Below, piece after piece: positions 12,531-24,780 of a stretch of 64,000 nucleotides of DNA. A program made the translations under genes and the position numbers. This stretch comes from Chiloscyllium plagiosum. Lineage: Eukaryota. The stretch spans positions 288,399-352,398 of the forward strand of contig NC_057755.1 in the NCBI RefSeq assembly GCF_004010195.1, in the 5' to 3' direction. A model generated the notes under the pieces. That model saw nothing but the letters and a program-made list of their open reading frames with translations, had not been told where the DNA came from and did not search any database. Positions within the stretch are counted from its first letter, which is position 1; every line of letters begins with the position of its first letter.

Positions 12531-13799
12531 AGGAGGCACCTGAATAATGGTTGTCATTCATTCAGGCGTTTCTTCCTCTTTAGCCAATATGTTTTTCACT
12601 GAGAACATCTTTACTTAGGTTCTTCAATCATCATTGTACAATTACACATCAATTCATTATTTATATTCAAGACACGAGTTTTTGACTCAATTTCTTCAAT
12701 CTTCACCTTTATAAACAATTTATGAGCACCCATCCCCAATACAGATTGTTAAATCTTGATATTGAATTGTGTCCTTAGTTTTCCATAGATAATCGAATGT
12801 CGGATAACATAGTTCAGCCAAGCACTGGGGCCTTGTGATCTTGCCAGATAATCCAATATTTGGATAATAGAAAGCTGGACAATCGAGATTCGTCTTTACA
12901 TTGTTAAAATTATTCTATTACATTGTATGTGTAGTTTTTGGAGAAAATATATTAAGCCGCTACATGCTTGCATCTGTGCTCTTGTATCAATTTAACGCTG
13001 TGAGATATAGTAAGCTTTTTTTTCAATGTGGTACTTCTGTGTCAGTAACACACGTATCATTACAAATATCAAATAACAGACGTAAGCTTTTGACAGTAAC
13101 TGTGCCACATAACACATCTATTATTGATGATCTCCTCAATTTCAAAATGGAAGGGTCCCGAAAGACCACTGTCCCTGAATTTGTGGGGCATTCACGGGAA
13201 TTGTTTGATCCTTAATTATGAAGCAAAATGTATTAATCGAGGCAAAAATGTTTTTTGTTGCCTGTCCCTTTCACTCACGGATTTTCTATTTCTTGTGGCC
13301 AGCTTCATTTTCGTCCTAACTGAGTTTGATCGTCAAAGTTTACATAACATCCAGTCAATACGGATCCGCCTAGCAGAATGAGATGGTCTTGGAGATATTT
13401 TCGAGCTGACACTGTGGCACACAGGCAGCAGACACAGTTGAGTCATTCTCTGTTTCCTTAGGTGTACTGTACATGTGCAGTGAAGAAACTTAAGATAGCT
13501 GACCAATGAAGTGATGGAATAGTTTGAAGGGAGAAGTGGAGGTAAGGCCAGGAAGGGAGTTGAATACAAAGCGATGCAGAGTTGTCAACTTCCTGAAATG
13601 TTTGAGTGGTAGTCAATATTGTCCTGTAATGATGGGGAAATGAATCTTCGTGTGAGGACTGCTGAACGAGAGAAAACACAGACTGGGAACAACATTTCAT
13701 TTTCATGTTTTCAGGCTGCTGTTTGCAGATCTTTGCTTGAGACACAGTCGTTATTATCTCAATCAATGACTAACACAATGGAAGGCATTCTCCCTTCAT

Positions 13800-15470
13800 T
13801 TCAGCCTTGGAAAGATTTCAGGTCTCATAAAATTTCTAAATTATTATCCTTGCCTTAAATCAAAAGGCAACAAGAAGGCTTTTTGTCCATTCAATGCCAG
13901 CGGTTTCCATTATTCCCTTCAAAAAACTTACTCCACTCAACTCTTTCTGAATTTCAGGAATACAACCCGGTGTTTGTGTCGTTTCAGCCACTAAATATTG
14001 AGCTGTGGCTTGCCAGCTATCATTCTGGTCAATCGATGCTGCACTCAAATGGACATGGAATCCCCAGTCACCACACTTTGCTGATTTTCCTTTCGATAAA
14101 TCCAAGCGTCTGCTGTGTTAACATCAAGTGACAACAGAGGACAAACCAGAAATTGTTGACTAACATTTTCAAGAATCCAGGATGAGAAATTGCCTCAACA
14201 GTTTTCCAAACTCAAGTACGTTTCAGAACAACGTCAGCACATATTTGGGGAAGGGCTGGACTGTGGGTGGGACAGGAGTGGGAGCAAGAACATTTGGAAA
14301 GTGAAAAGGCCGAGGTCTTGGTCTACATTGGGACAAATAATGTTTGGTGACAAAATAACACTTCAGAGTCTTGCATCTTGTTATTAATCACTATTTAGTA
14401 CCCTCTCACTAAGTCATGTATTCAGTTACCCCTAACATTCACCCTTTCGAATCAGTCAGGTATCCCTGGTTAGCCCAGATTAACAGCCCCAATCAGAAAT
14501 TCCTTATCCAATAAGATTTAGCTGCATGACCTCATGACAATTTTTGCCAAGACAAAAAGCAATGAGTTCGTGAAAATAGAAATGAGCAAATCAGGCAAGA
14601 AATTGAGCAGTTGATCAATGAGTGACGCCGAGTGCTCATTAGGCAAAGAATGTGTGGCTGGATACACTGATTCCAGGAGGAAGGGCTTTTAACGTCTCAA
14701 TTATTGGAAATGGTTCTCAGGCTGAGGCGATCTTAATACATTGTGTTTGTTTTGACTTAATTGGATGGGGATCGCTGCCCAGATGGGAAGGCATGCTACT
14801 GTTGGGGAATTATTAATCAGACCTGTCAGAGGGTTGGGAGTCTGGTAACAAACTCAGTTAAGAGGGAAATGAAGCTGGCCACGGAAAGTAGACAAGCTAT
14901 AAGTGAAAGAGAAAAACAACAGAATCACATTTTGGATCGCTGAAGATGTTGTGCTTCTGAATCCTCGTCTTCAGCATCACACGCATCCCTCCTGTGCCTC
15001 ACAGATTTGGGGACAGAGTTCTTTGCAGCATGTTACTTGTTGATTTTTGGGAGATCCTCAATAACATATGCATCAAGTGATGCAGTTACGGTGGAATCCT
15101 AACTTTTCTTTTATTTTATATTTACGACGATGTGAGAGATTCTTTTTCACAAACAGACTGAAAGAATAGATCAATATTTTGATTTGTGCACAACCGCCCA
15201 AGTACCAAAAGCCACAATGCACATTGAAAGGTGTAATTTATCACATCTTGCAGCATTGAATTAAGACAAAAGCATAGATGCAATCATGCAGTAATTATAT
15301 TTTCTCCAAAATTACGGACATAATTGGGTAGTATTATGTATGGGAAGTATGAACACAAAATTCTCAAATTAGTTGTTCAGTTGGAGAATGAACAAATTGA
15401 ATTTGAAACTCTGGGACCTGAAATACAGGGTACAAGAAGGAATTGATGCATAAATGGGCGTTTATGAATT
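13800..15470. repeat. Block X plus upstream flank, start of segmental unit B
   Basis: Reverse-complement similarity to 10576-12070 and direct similarity to 47510-49100 and 31140-33560. Confidence 0.8.
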
Positions 15471-15484
15471 GATAGCTCAGTGGA

Positions 15485-15710
15485 TAGAATGTGGTGCTGG
15501 AAAAGTACAGCAGGTCTTGTAGCATCTGAGGAGCAGGAGAATCAACGTTTTGGGGAGAAGCCCTTCATCAGGAAAGAGTTCATTCTCGATGAATGGCTTA
15601 TGCCTGAAACGTCGATTCTCCTGCTCCTTGGATGCTGCCAGTTTTGCTGTGTTTTTCCAGCACGACATTCTCGACTGTGATCTTCAGTGTCTGCAGTCCT
15701 CACTTTCTCA
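15485..15710. mobile_element. Palindromic Penelope-derived insert (older copy)
   Basis: GTGGTGCTGGAAAAG...CCCTTCATCAGG / GAATGGCTTATGCCTGAAACGTCG...CAGTCCTCACTTTCTC. Absent from the paralogous sites at about 55 and 33545. Confidence 0.8.
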
Positions 15711-15774
15711 ATTGATAAGCAATGGCTAACGAGGAAGAAACGTCTGAATGAATAACATTAATTCAGTCAACTCT

Positions 15775-16550
15775 ACAATAATCAACAGGAAAGGTGAAAA
15801 TGGGCAGAGCTGCCTGATTCCAGGACAGTTCGGAAAACTTTCTGATTCCCACCTATTTACTGAGACAACACTAACGCTGTTGGCGCCCATCCGTCCAATC
15901 CAATTGCATTTCTCGTCCCTAAAGCCAAATGGGGAAAGTAGGTCTCACTTGTTAGTGTGTGATTTCCTTTCAAAGGCCTTGTCCTGGTCCAGGCTGACAA
16001 GGCAGCATTCCAACTCCATTATCCCACACTTAGACAATTCTATCGCTGAGGAGCGCTTCGCTCTCATAGATCATCCAGCCAAGTACAGCACAGGTTTGGT
16101 CGGGGTTAATTACCGATCCTAGAACAGACCTGACCTTGTTGGCGATGATCTCAGGCAGGATTCTGTAAACGTCATTTAGCAGTGAAACCGGTCGTCAGTC
16201 CTCCCTCAGCCACTTCTAATTGTATATGAGAGGGGTGATAAATTTCCTATTGAATTCGCACAGGGCACCTGTTTGAAGCATGCTGTTGTCCAGTTCCAGA
16301 AGGTCCAGGCCAACCAAGTGGCACAGAGGTGAAAACAACTCAGGTGGGTAAGCCGCAACATTTGGAAATTTCCTCTTCTCAGGACTTGAGGGCTTTGGAA
16401 GCTACTCCAGAGGTAACTGCTGTTGCAGACACTCCCATCTGCTGTCGTCTAAGATCTCCATGATCGAGGACAGGGACAACTGGGAGGCCGCGCTGTCGGT
16501 GCACTTCGTGACATATAGACTGGCATAAAATGATTTGCTGATCCTCAGGA
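15775..16550 (-). mobile_element. Tx1-clade LINE RT remnant
   Basis: RPVSLLNDVYRILPEIIANKVRSVLGSVINPDQTCAVLG, SLDQDKAFERKSH and VSVNRWESESFPNCPGIRQLCPFSPFL. Confidence 0.85.
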
Positions 16551-17070
16551 CTTTCTTCCCGGTTGTCACTCTGTCAGTAGAAAACCTTTTAATCGAGACT
16601 TATCCAACAATTAGCCCCAAGGCCTGGTATCACAAACAACCAAAGATTGTTTGGTCTGTTCCTTTTACCACAAGCTGTCTCAAGAGAGTCCATTCAATAG
16701 GGAAATAACGGCTGGATAGAAACTGTTCCTGAACCTGTGTGTGTGCTCATGCTTCTGGACCTTCAGCCTGATGGAAGACGTAATATGGTATCATTGTCGG
16801 GATTGGAGTGGTCTAACCGAGTCCACAGATGGGACTTTGGCTCAAGCAATGGTCTGGGGTTGTCAGGGCATCAGATTGCGATGAGGTAGTATATTAATGC
16901 AAATAATGAATTGTTTGAATGTACAGCAATTTCTGGTTTTGTTTCTGATTTACAGCATCCGCAATTCTTTTGGTGTTGGTCAGTCCCTTCTCCAGTCTGT
17001 TACATTGGAGGAGCCTGTTCAGCAGGTGGAGGCAATGGCCTAGTGGGATTATCACTGGACTGTCAATCCA

Positions 17071-17283
17071 GAGAAAGTGAGGACTGCAGATGCTGGAGAT
17101 CAGAGCTGAAAATGTGTTGCTGGAAAAGCGCAGCAGGTCAGGCAGCATCCAGGGAACAAGAGAATCGACGTTTCGGGCAAAAGCCCTTCTTCCTGAAGAA
17201 GGGCTTATGCCCGAAACGTCGATTCTCTTGTTCCCTGTATGCTGCCTGACCTGCTGCGCTTTTCCAGCAACACATTTTCAGCT
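17071..17283. mobile_element. Palindromic Penelope-derived non-autonomous element with TSD
   Basis: About 90 bp near-perfect inverted arms centred near 17192. CTGTCAATCCAGAGA is directly repeated at 17060-17074 and 17282-17296. Confidence 0.9.
17190..17224 (+). ncRNA. Minimal hammerhead-ribozyme-like motif (Penelope-associated)
   Basis: CTGAAGA (17193-17199), A, GGGC TTAT GCCC stem-loop, GAAAC, GTC (17218-17220). The conserved core is intact and stem III is reduced to the ACGT palindrome. Confidence 0.65.
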
Positions 17284-17959
17284 GTCAATCCAGAGACCCA
17301 GGTCATGTTCTGGGGACCTGGACACAACAGATGCCGGTATGTAAATTCAATAAAAGTCTGGAATTGAAGAGGCTAATGATGACTGATTGTCTGTTCACTC
17401 ATGCCCTTTGGAGAGGCAAAATGACGTCATTCCCTGTTGAGAACTACATGTGACTCCAGGCCCACGACAATGTGGTTGACACTTAGCTGCCCTGTAGGCA
17501 ATTAGGAATGGGCGATAAATGCTGGTGCTCGACGGCCATGCCCCTTCTTGAAACATTAACAGGGGAATTGGATGAGGCAATTTAATTCATTTTTGAGAGT
17601 GTAAAGAGGAATGGTAAAAGTCCATTCATCCCCTCTCATGTGAGGGCAAGAACAGCAGATGGGCATTACGCCAGTCGATACAGTTTGACTTGAAAAAGCC
17701 AAGAAACGGGGGAAAGTGAAGTTATGAGGAATGGGAATATGTGTGAGGTTCATTGACAATGGGATTGGGAATGAGGAATAGTTGGTGAGGTGGAGAGAAG
17801 TAATCCTGGGAGGCAATGCAACACGGAGGCAACTCATGGTGGCAATGGGCAGGGTGAGAGCAAGGCTCGATGTTGAGTTTTGGGAAGTTGAAGGGATGAG
17901 ACCGTTTGTTCATAGGTCATCAGAAGGCAATGTTCCTCCACCCAACACTGATTAAAGCT

Positions 17960-19180
17960 GGGAATCATCTCTATTACTCTGCATTTCATCCTTTCTCTAT
18001 TCCAAAGATATCTATAATATTCTGTATGCAATCCATTCTCATCCAGTTTAATTCTCTCCCTATTACTCTGTTTTTCACTTTCTCTCTCTATTTCCGCCCT
18101 GATTTGTATTCAATCTCCTGTATTCACTTCGTTGCATTTATTCCTCTCCTTATTAGTCAGTACTAAACCTCCACAATTATTCTTTACTCTACTCGACAGT
18201 TATCTGTGTTTGATTTTCGCTATTTCCTTGTAGCTACTCAGGTCTCTTCCTTTGAATTCAACCCTCTCCCTGTTACTCTCCGTTCAATCCTGTATCTAAT
18301 ACTTTCCACTTGTGCTTCTCACAATTACACTCCATTTCATCCACTTTATTTAAACCGCACACATGACAATCATTAATCTTCCCTCTGTATTCAACTTTCT
18401 CCGTACTACTCTCTAATTAGCACTCTCGCTATTGTTTTTTCTTTAATCCTCACCACTCTGTACTTAAGCCTCTATGCTCCCTTGCATTTAAAAGTGTCGC
18501 TGCTGTCCTGTATACAACCCTCTCAGTATTACTCTCTATTCAGTCTGTTTTCTATTACTCTGTGTTAACTCCCCTCACTATTCTCCTTAAGTGAACACTC
18601 ATTTTTCTCCATTGTATTCAACACTCTCCCCATTCTTCTGCATTATATCCTCTCAAATTCCACAAAGGTGGTAACCCATCATCAAGTCACACGGCATTTA
18701 CACTTGCATAATACATGGGACCGGCCCAGCAAGCACAATGCTGTTTCCGGGAGTGAGCAGAACCCCTGACACTCCAGTTTATATCTGTCAGCCAGGACTC
18801 AGTAATTGTACCAGGTGAACAGCCCCAATCAGGGAACTCATATTACATAAGATCCACTTGGCTGACCTCATTACATTCCCTACAGCTTCCCATGTATTAA
18901 CCTTTTCCCTGTGTCCCCGTAATCAGGTCACTCCCTTTTATTCCTCATATACTTCTTCTCCTATTAATTTCTGTTAAATCCTCTTTCTTTTTTGTCTTTA
19001 ACCCACCCTTCTTTCCAGTATTCAGTTTCTCCATATTACTCTCTACTTAATTCTCTCCTATTTTCTATTTAATCCTTTCCCATTATTCTCTATTGAATTC
19101 TCTCCCTATTACAAATTTAGCCCCCTCTCTATCTGTATTGAACCCTCTCTCTTTCCTCAGTGTTCTTTAACTATTGCACT
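17960..19180. repeat. Degenerate pyrimidine-rich minisatellite-like tract
   Basis: Recurring TATTACTCT / GTATTCAACCCTCTCCC variants. Related tracts occur at about 37195-37520, 52330-53470 and 54410-55650. Confidence 0.7.
18665..18875 (-). mobile_element. Short LTR-like dispersed repeat
   Basis: The minus strand starts TGTAATGAGGTCAGCCAAGTGGATC...GAGTTCCCTGATTGGGGCTGTT. Related copies are at about 11510-11650, 14400-14540, 48400-48490 and 54230-54400. Confidence 0.55.
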
Positions 19181-19999
19181 CCCCCATCCCCACCCCCATT
19201 TCAGGACACATATTTACACTTCCCAATAATCAGAGACCAGTGTCTTTGCCAAATCATTCCCCACAAGTTGTGATAGTCTGTTGGATTTTCGGATTGCTTA
19301 AAATATTCTATATTCTGTTTTCTTTTGTTTCTGTTTCTTTCGTTACTCTGTAAATAAACTCTGTTCTATTTAAAACCGAGGAATATTGACTCGCCGCATC
19401 ACTCCCAGAAATCCCACGTTACACCTGCTCAAAACAAGGAGAAATGCTAGCCTCTGGGTTGCCATCTTTAAATGTCTGGTGCATGTCTGACCTGGTCCAT
19501 AATAAATGCATTAAAAATAGAGCTATGTGCGTTCCTGGTTGGTCAGCGAATCAAAAGTTATGGGGAGAAGGCAGGAGAATAGAATTGGGGAACATATGCA
19601 ACATGGTCAAATAGCAGAGCTGACTTGATGGGCTGAATGGTCTAATTCCGCGACTGCATTGTATGTCCTTATGATCCAATATGTAACAATATTTATATAT
19701 GGAACAAACAGCTCCACCATGATAAAAATGGGTATATTGCATTCTTGGTTCAAACATGGACGAAACTACTGGAGTTCTGCCTTGCATTGAATATTCTCAT
19801 ATCTTGTTTTGTTCATTAGACTTAAGTCGTTGAACGGAATTAACAGTTCGTTTTTCAGGGTGCAGGAGTTACAGACACTGACATTTAGATATTTCCCCAG
19901 TAGCAAAAAAAATCGCCATTGAGAGAAATCTGTGCACCATGACCTGCTGCATGGTTCACCTGTCCTTTTTGAGGTGAGGGAGTCTCATGCTGACAGAGT

Positions 20000-21560
20000 C
20001 AGAACCACACCCAGAGGAACACATAAGCACACTCACACCCTCACACACTCACACTCACACACTAATGTCTGGACACAAACCAGATGCATTCACACACAAA
20101 GAAATACAGTCACACTGAGATATCAGACAAAATTCACGCAGACACACACACACACACACACACACACAGTCGCAGATATACTGACAGACAAAGGAACACA
20201 CCCATGCACATACCAAATACACACATATCCGCGCACGAAATATAGACATACTGAAATATAGGAACACATCTCCATACAGACAGGGAATCACATTCACATC
20301 CTCACAGACATATACAAACAAACTCAGAATAAGAGACGTGATACACTGGCTTGCAAGAATTGATAGAAACTTCTTATTCATATTCAGAAGTACATTCAAA
20401 CAGAGTTACTGATCTACGAAGACAATGAGATATAGTAGAGAGCGACACTCAGAATCAAACAGAAACACACCCACAAAGAGGCATAGAAAGATCCTGGTTG
20501 TGCACAGAAAGATCTTGACACATGGACAGACAGTCAAACACAGGCTGAACTAACACACACATGCTTAAACAAGAGCATAGCCAGACAGAGATGCACCTTG
20601 CACTCCAACAATAATATACTGACATTCAAAGACACACAAACACATAGAGTCACAGAAACATCATGACATGCTGTCAGTAATACCCACACGAACACAGTCA
20701 TAGGACTGTCACCCCAGCCAACACACAGGCACAAAGACAAAAGATACACATGTGCAAAATACACGTATACGCAATCACACAGGCACAATAATATACACTG
20801 ACATAAAAACACCCACCTTCACATAAACGCACTCACACAAAATGATTAAGATTTCCAAGTACATAAACACATGAAATTGTAGTCCCAGTAATACTTCACA
20901 ACACACACAAAGGGAAACCTACACTCAGATGCATTAACACACTCAGAATGTGTCATGCTCAGGGACATTTCCCACAACAAACAACAAGAGACACACACAC
21001 AAAGGGACATCCGCACAAAGGCAGTGAAGATCCCCACGCAGAGACCCACAGGCACCCTTACACACTGAAAGGGAAACACATGAAACACACCTCCTGCACA
21101 GCCATAGGGAGAGGAATGGTGGATGATCAAACTCGAGAAGATTTAATTACAGTAAGGCGTCAAAGTATTGTTGGCTGTACCTGTGCGCTTTGTATTTTGC
21201 AAAATCACTGCCTGGGGAAGGATCAGTTAACGAAAGGTCAGTGAGGGATTTGAGTCAATGTAAGTCTGCAATTGTTAATCTGAGACAACGTGCACAAAAG
21301 ACGCTGAGAGCCAGCGAGAGAGAAAGAGACAGAGAATGAGCTAGACAGAGAGACAAAGAAGGATAGACATAGCGGAAGACAGAGAGACCGGCAGACATAC
21401 AGATAGGTGGAGAGAGAGACAGAGAAAGAATGATACGCATGAAGACACACAGAGTGAGACAGAGAGAGAGAGAGAGAGAGACTCAGCAAGAAGCTGAGAC
21501 ATGGGGGCAGCACGAGAGAGAAAGACAGTCAAAATCCGAGGCAAACAGAAAGAGGTAAGG
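20000..21560. repeat. CA-rich then GA-rich low-complexity block with (CA)n at about 20142-20168 and (GA)n at about 21460-21481
   Basis: Seen directly. Paralogous blocks are at about 38330-39420 and 57900-59780. Confidence 0.9.
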
Positions 21561-22362
21561 TTAAATAAAATAATATCCTTGTGAATGGTGGAGACAGAAG
21601 GGGACTCAATAAACTCTGTCAAGTACAAATGTGCATGCAACAATAACCTATTCAGCTGAGGGGATCACCAACACCCAGAGCTTTCCTCTTGTTACAATAC
21701 ACCGTTTATTGTGAGCTGAACAGAGAGAACCTGACAATCATCATGGTGCAGGAAGGACTGTTTCTGCCACACCACTCCTCCCTTGCAGCTGAAATCCAGA
21801 GATCCCTCTTGCCGGTCATTAGCACTCATCAACAAGGCAGTCTGTGAAGACCCATTGGTCCAGATAAACCCATCACTCACAGCCAATCCGTCACTTCTAA
21901 TCACGCTTAGCCTCGTTCCATCCGACCCTACCCCTGGCAGTCAACTCTTCCCCCTTTATCTGCTGTCCCTTTTTCACCTCTTTCAATATTTCTGAAAGTG
22001 GAGGTGGATAGATTCCTATTCAGCTTGGCGGGAGGTAATCATTATCAAGGACAGGCAGGAGTGTGGAATATACTTTAGAATTGGACGACCCATGATTTTC
22101 TGGAATAGCAGGCTGTCCAAACACGAAGGTGTGGATGGCCTCCTGCTGTTCATTGTCTGTGCGTCCCCGCGTGTGTCAATCCGTCAGCCAATCAAGGATA
22201 GCAGCGTGTGCCTGAGAGTGGTGAATGGTGACCCATTCTGTTTCCCTATTTCCCATCCACCGTTGGATGTTATACCCAGATCCATGTGATTGTGTTGATG
22301 AAATCCTGGCCATACATATGCAAGCCCTGCACTGGAACACTGCAGCTGCATCTGGACTTCAC

Positions 22363-23332
22363 TCAGTTGTCTTGCTGAGTCATGAAACGGAGATTTACGT
22401 GCACCACATTCCCGAACATCTCTCTGAACCTAGGCAGAGTCGCTGCACAGAATACTGCATTCGTTCTGCAGTTGAAATCCTTGCGCATTTCTTCAGTGTA
22501 TGTTAAAATGATGAGAGACCTCTACTTCCAACAATCTGTTCGTTTAAAGTTATTGTAGAAGATATTAGCAGCGTGCACTACCTACATAAAAAAGAAGCAG
22601 ATGGATATGCTGAAGAGTGAAATCACCAACTTTCTCCGGCTCTCCATCTCGGCGTCTTTTTGGCTAACTCCTTTCTTTGACCTCCTCAGGTTCTTGCGGG
22701 CTAGACACAGAACAAAAATATACCTGACGGTCAGAATGTTCATCAACTGAATTAACACGAATGGCATTAGAGGGGTATCGACGACACCACAGAACGTTGT
22801 CTATTATCCTCCTTGGTTTAAACCAAAAATAGAAGGGATTTTTTTTTAAACAGAGCAGGATGCCAGTTGCAACCAGAGCCACAGCAAGACATTCTCTGTC
22901 CAATATTACCTCTTAATTTTCAGTCAATAAATAACTATAAAATGATCAAAGCAGAAAAGGACAGTGAACCAGATGGAACAGTCCAAAACTGCAAAAGCCA
23001 AGACAAAGATAGAACTGTACACAGAAGTGATGTCCAGGAAACAGCCTGGTAGGTAAACTTAGCCAAAAGTGAGAACTGAAGATGCTTGAAGCCAGAGTTT
23101 AGATCAGAGTGGTGCTGGAAAAGCAGAGCAGGTTTTTGCCCAAAAGATCGATTTTCCTGCTCCTGAGATGCTGTCTGACCTGCTGTGGTAAGTATTTATC
23201 TGAGTTGCCACAGTATTATCTTCGTGAGAATGAACATCAGATCCGTCGTTGTCATAGCCAACAAGCAGCGCATTGTGCAGTTAGAGATGCCACAATTACC
23301 AAATGCAAAGACCAAAATCACCAGCAAATTAA
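22363..23332 (-). pseudogene. GPR139/GPR142-like GPCR pseudogene, main exon (copy 2)
   Basis: Acceptor ccctgtctctttcAG at 23333-23334, then (V)NLLVILVFAFGNCGISNCTMRCLLAMTTTDLMFILTKIILWQLR*. After an insert: PGCFLDITSVYSSIFVLAFAVLDCSIWFTVLFCFDHFIVI, LLCLKKNPFYF...IIDNVLWC, LMPFVLIQLMNILTVRYIFV...DAEMESRRKLVISLFSIS, FNCRTNAVF...PRFREMF. Confidence 0.92.
23062..23188. mobile_element. Penelope-derived palindromic insert remnant inside the GPCR exon
   Basis: AAAGTGAGAACTGAAGATGC...GTGGTGCTGGAAAAGCAGAGCAGG...GCCCAAAAGATCGATTTTCCTGCTCC...GCTGTCTGACCTGCTG. Absent from copy 4. Confidence 0.8.
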
Positions 23333-24606
23333 CTGAAAGAGACAGGGGGCAACATTCAAAATGGGAATTAATGAGCAAACTTTATCCACGTCGGTACAGA
23401 GAGCAATGGAAGATCTTAGAACTGAATTGTGTCAGCTGGAAGGGTTCAGTGTCGAGTTTGAACAGGACAGCTCCAATGGCCTGACCCGTTTTGAAGCTTC
23501 TCCCTCCTGGCTTTAACTACGTTGGGCAGGCAATCAACATATGGGAGACGGGCCATAAATTTTAAGATGAGAGGGAAGAGGTTTACAGTGGATCTAAGGA
23601 AAAAGTTTTCGCCGAGAGAGCGTTGGGACCTGGTAATGGAGTGCCTGGAAGGGTTGTGGAAGCAGGAAACCTCACAAATTTTAAAAACTACCTGAATGAA
23701 CTTTTGAAGCGTCATAACATTGGACAATATGAGACTACTGCAGGAGGCTGGGAGGAGTAGACATTTCGTGTCGTTTTGATAGCGCAAACTGGATGCAATT
23801 AAGGATCATTTTCTGTACAGTCTGTTTCTCTGATTCTAAAAAAAACTACTTCTGAGAGGCAGTTTGTAAATTGAAGCATTTAAATGAAATAAATGAAAGG
23901 TACCAAATACTGAAAATATGAAACAGAATCAGAACTAACGGGCAAAGCCCAACAGTTAGCAGCATCTGTGGGGAGAGAAACAGATTTAGTGGAATCACTG
24001 TTCATTAGAACTTCTTCATCTGAGTATATGTCACTGAACTCAAAACATCATCTCAGGTTTTTCCTGCACAAAGCCCTTTAATTGCAATCAAAAGACAGGG
24101 AATCATTTCCAACAGGGAATTGATATTTAACGTTTTGATATTCACCAACGATGGAACAGTTGATTAACTGGTCTTCATGTACTGGGCATAGTTAGAGTCA
24201 TAGAGATGCACAAAACAGAAACAGCCCCTTAAGCTCAAATTGTCCATGCTGTCCACATATCCGAAATTAATGTAATCCATTTGCCTCCATATTCCTCTAA
24301 ACCTATTCTGTTAATTTACTCATCCAGATACTTTTTAAATGTTGTAATTGCACCAGCCACCATCGCTTCCTCTGACAGTTCATTCCACATACACACCAAT
24401 CTTTGCATGAAAAAGTTGTCCCTTATTTCCCTTTTAAAGTTTCCTCCTCTCAGCCTAAACCTATCTGCTCTGGTTTTGGTCTCCCACAAACCAGTGGGAA
24501 AAACTTGTCTACTTACCCTTCCCCTGTCCTTTATGATCTGATAATCTTTCACAAGGTCACCGCTCCACCTCCGACACTCCACGGAGATAGGCCCCAGCCT
24601 ATTCAG

Positions 24607-24780
24607 GTCAGGCAGCATCTAGGGAACAGAAGATTCGACGTTTCGGGCACATGCCCTTCTTCAGGAATGTGCCCGAAACGTCGAATCTTCTGTTCCCTAG
24701 ATGCTGCCTGACCTGCTGTGCTGTTCCAGCAATAAAGTTTCAGCTTTGATCTCCAGCGTCTGCAGACCTCACTTTCTCCT
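24607..24780. mobile_element. Palindromic Penelope-derived insert with a 14 bp TSD, nested in CR1
   Basis: CCCAGCCTATTCAG at 24593-24606 and 24781-24794. Inverted arms surround about 24660. Confidence 0.9.
24633..24668 (-). ncRNA. Minimal hammerhead-ribozyme-like motif
   Basis: Minus strand reads ATTC CTGAAGA A GGGCATGTGCCC GAAAC GTC GAAT. The core is intact, stem II is present and ATTC/GAAT gives a perfect 4 bp stem I. Confidence 0.7.

Larger units (their letters stand above)
17025..17555 (+). mobile_element. tRNA-derived Deu-domain SINE (SacSINE1-like), interrupted by a palindromic insert
   Basis: Head GGAGGCAATGGCCTAGTGG; core GTTCACTCATGCCCTTTGGAGAGG...CTACATGTGACTCCAGGCCCACGACAATGTGGTTGAC; tail GGCAATTAGGAATGGGCGATAAATGCTGG. 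Confidence 0.75.

Noticed and set aside
12770..12900. Possible Tc1/pogo-type MITE remnant (repeated GGATAAT/GATAATCG motifs)
   Set aside because: Too degraded to define terminal inverted repeats or a TA TSD.
19932..21643. His/Thr-rich, Cys/Val-rich and Ser/Leu-rich ORFs (also 38.4-39.5 kb and 57.9-59.8 kb)
   Set aside because: They are translations of CA/GA low-complexity DNA, and frames are not conserved between paralogous units.
22155..22235. Well-conserved CCAAT-containing stretch 3' of the GPCR (also about 60355-60435) as a regulatory element
   Set aside because: Only two copies, and the similarity is explained by the segmental duplication itself.
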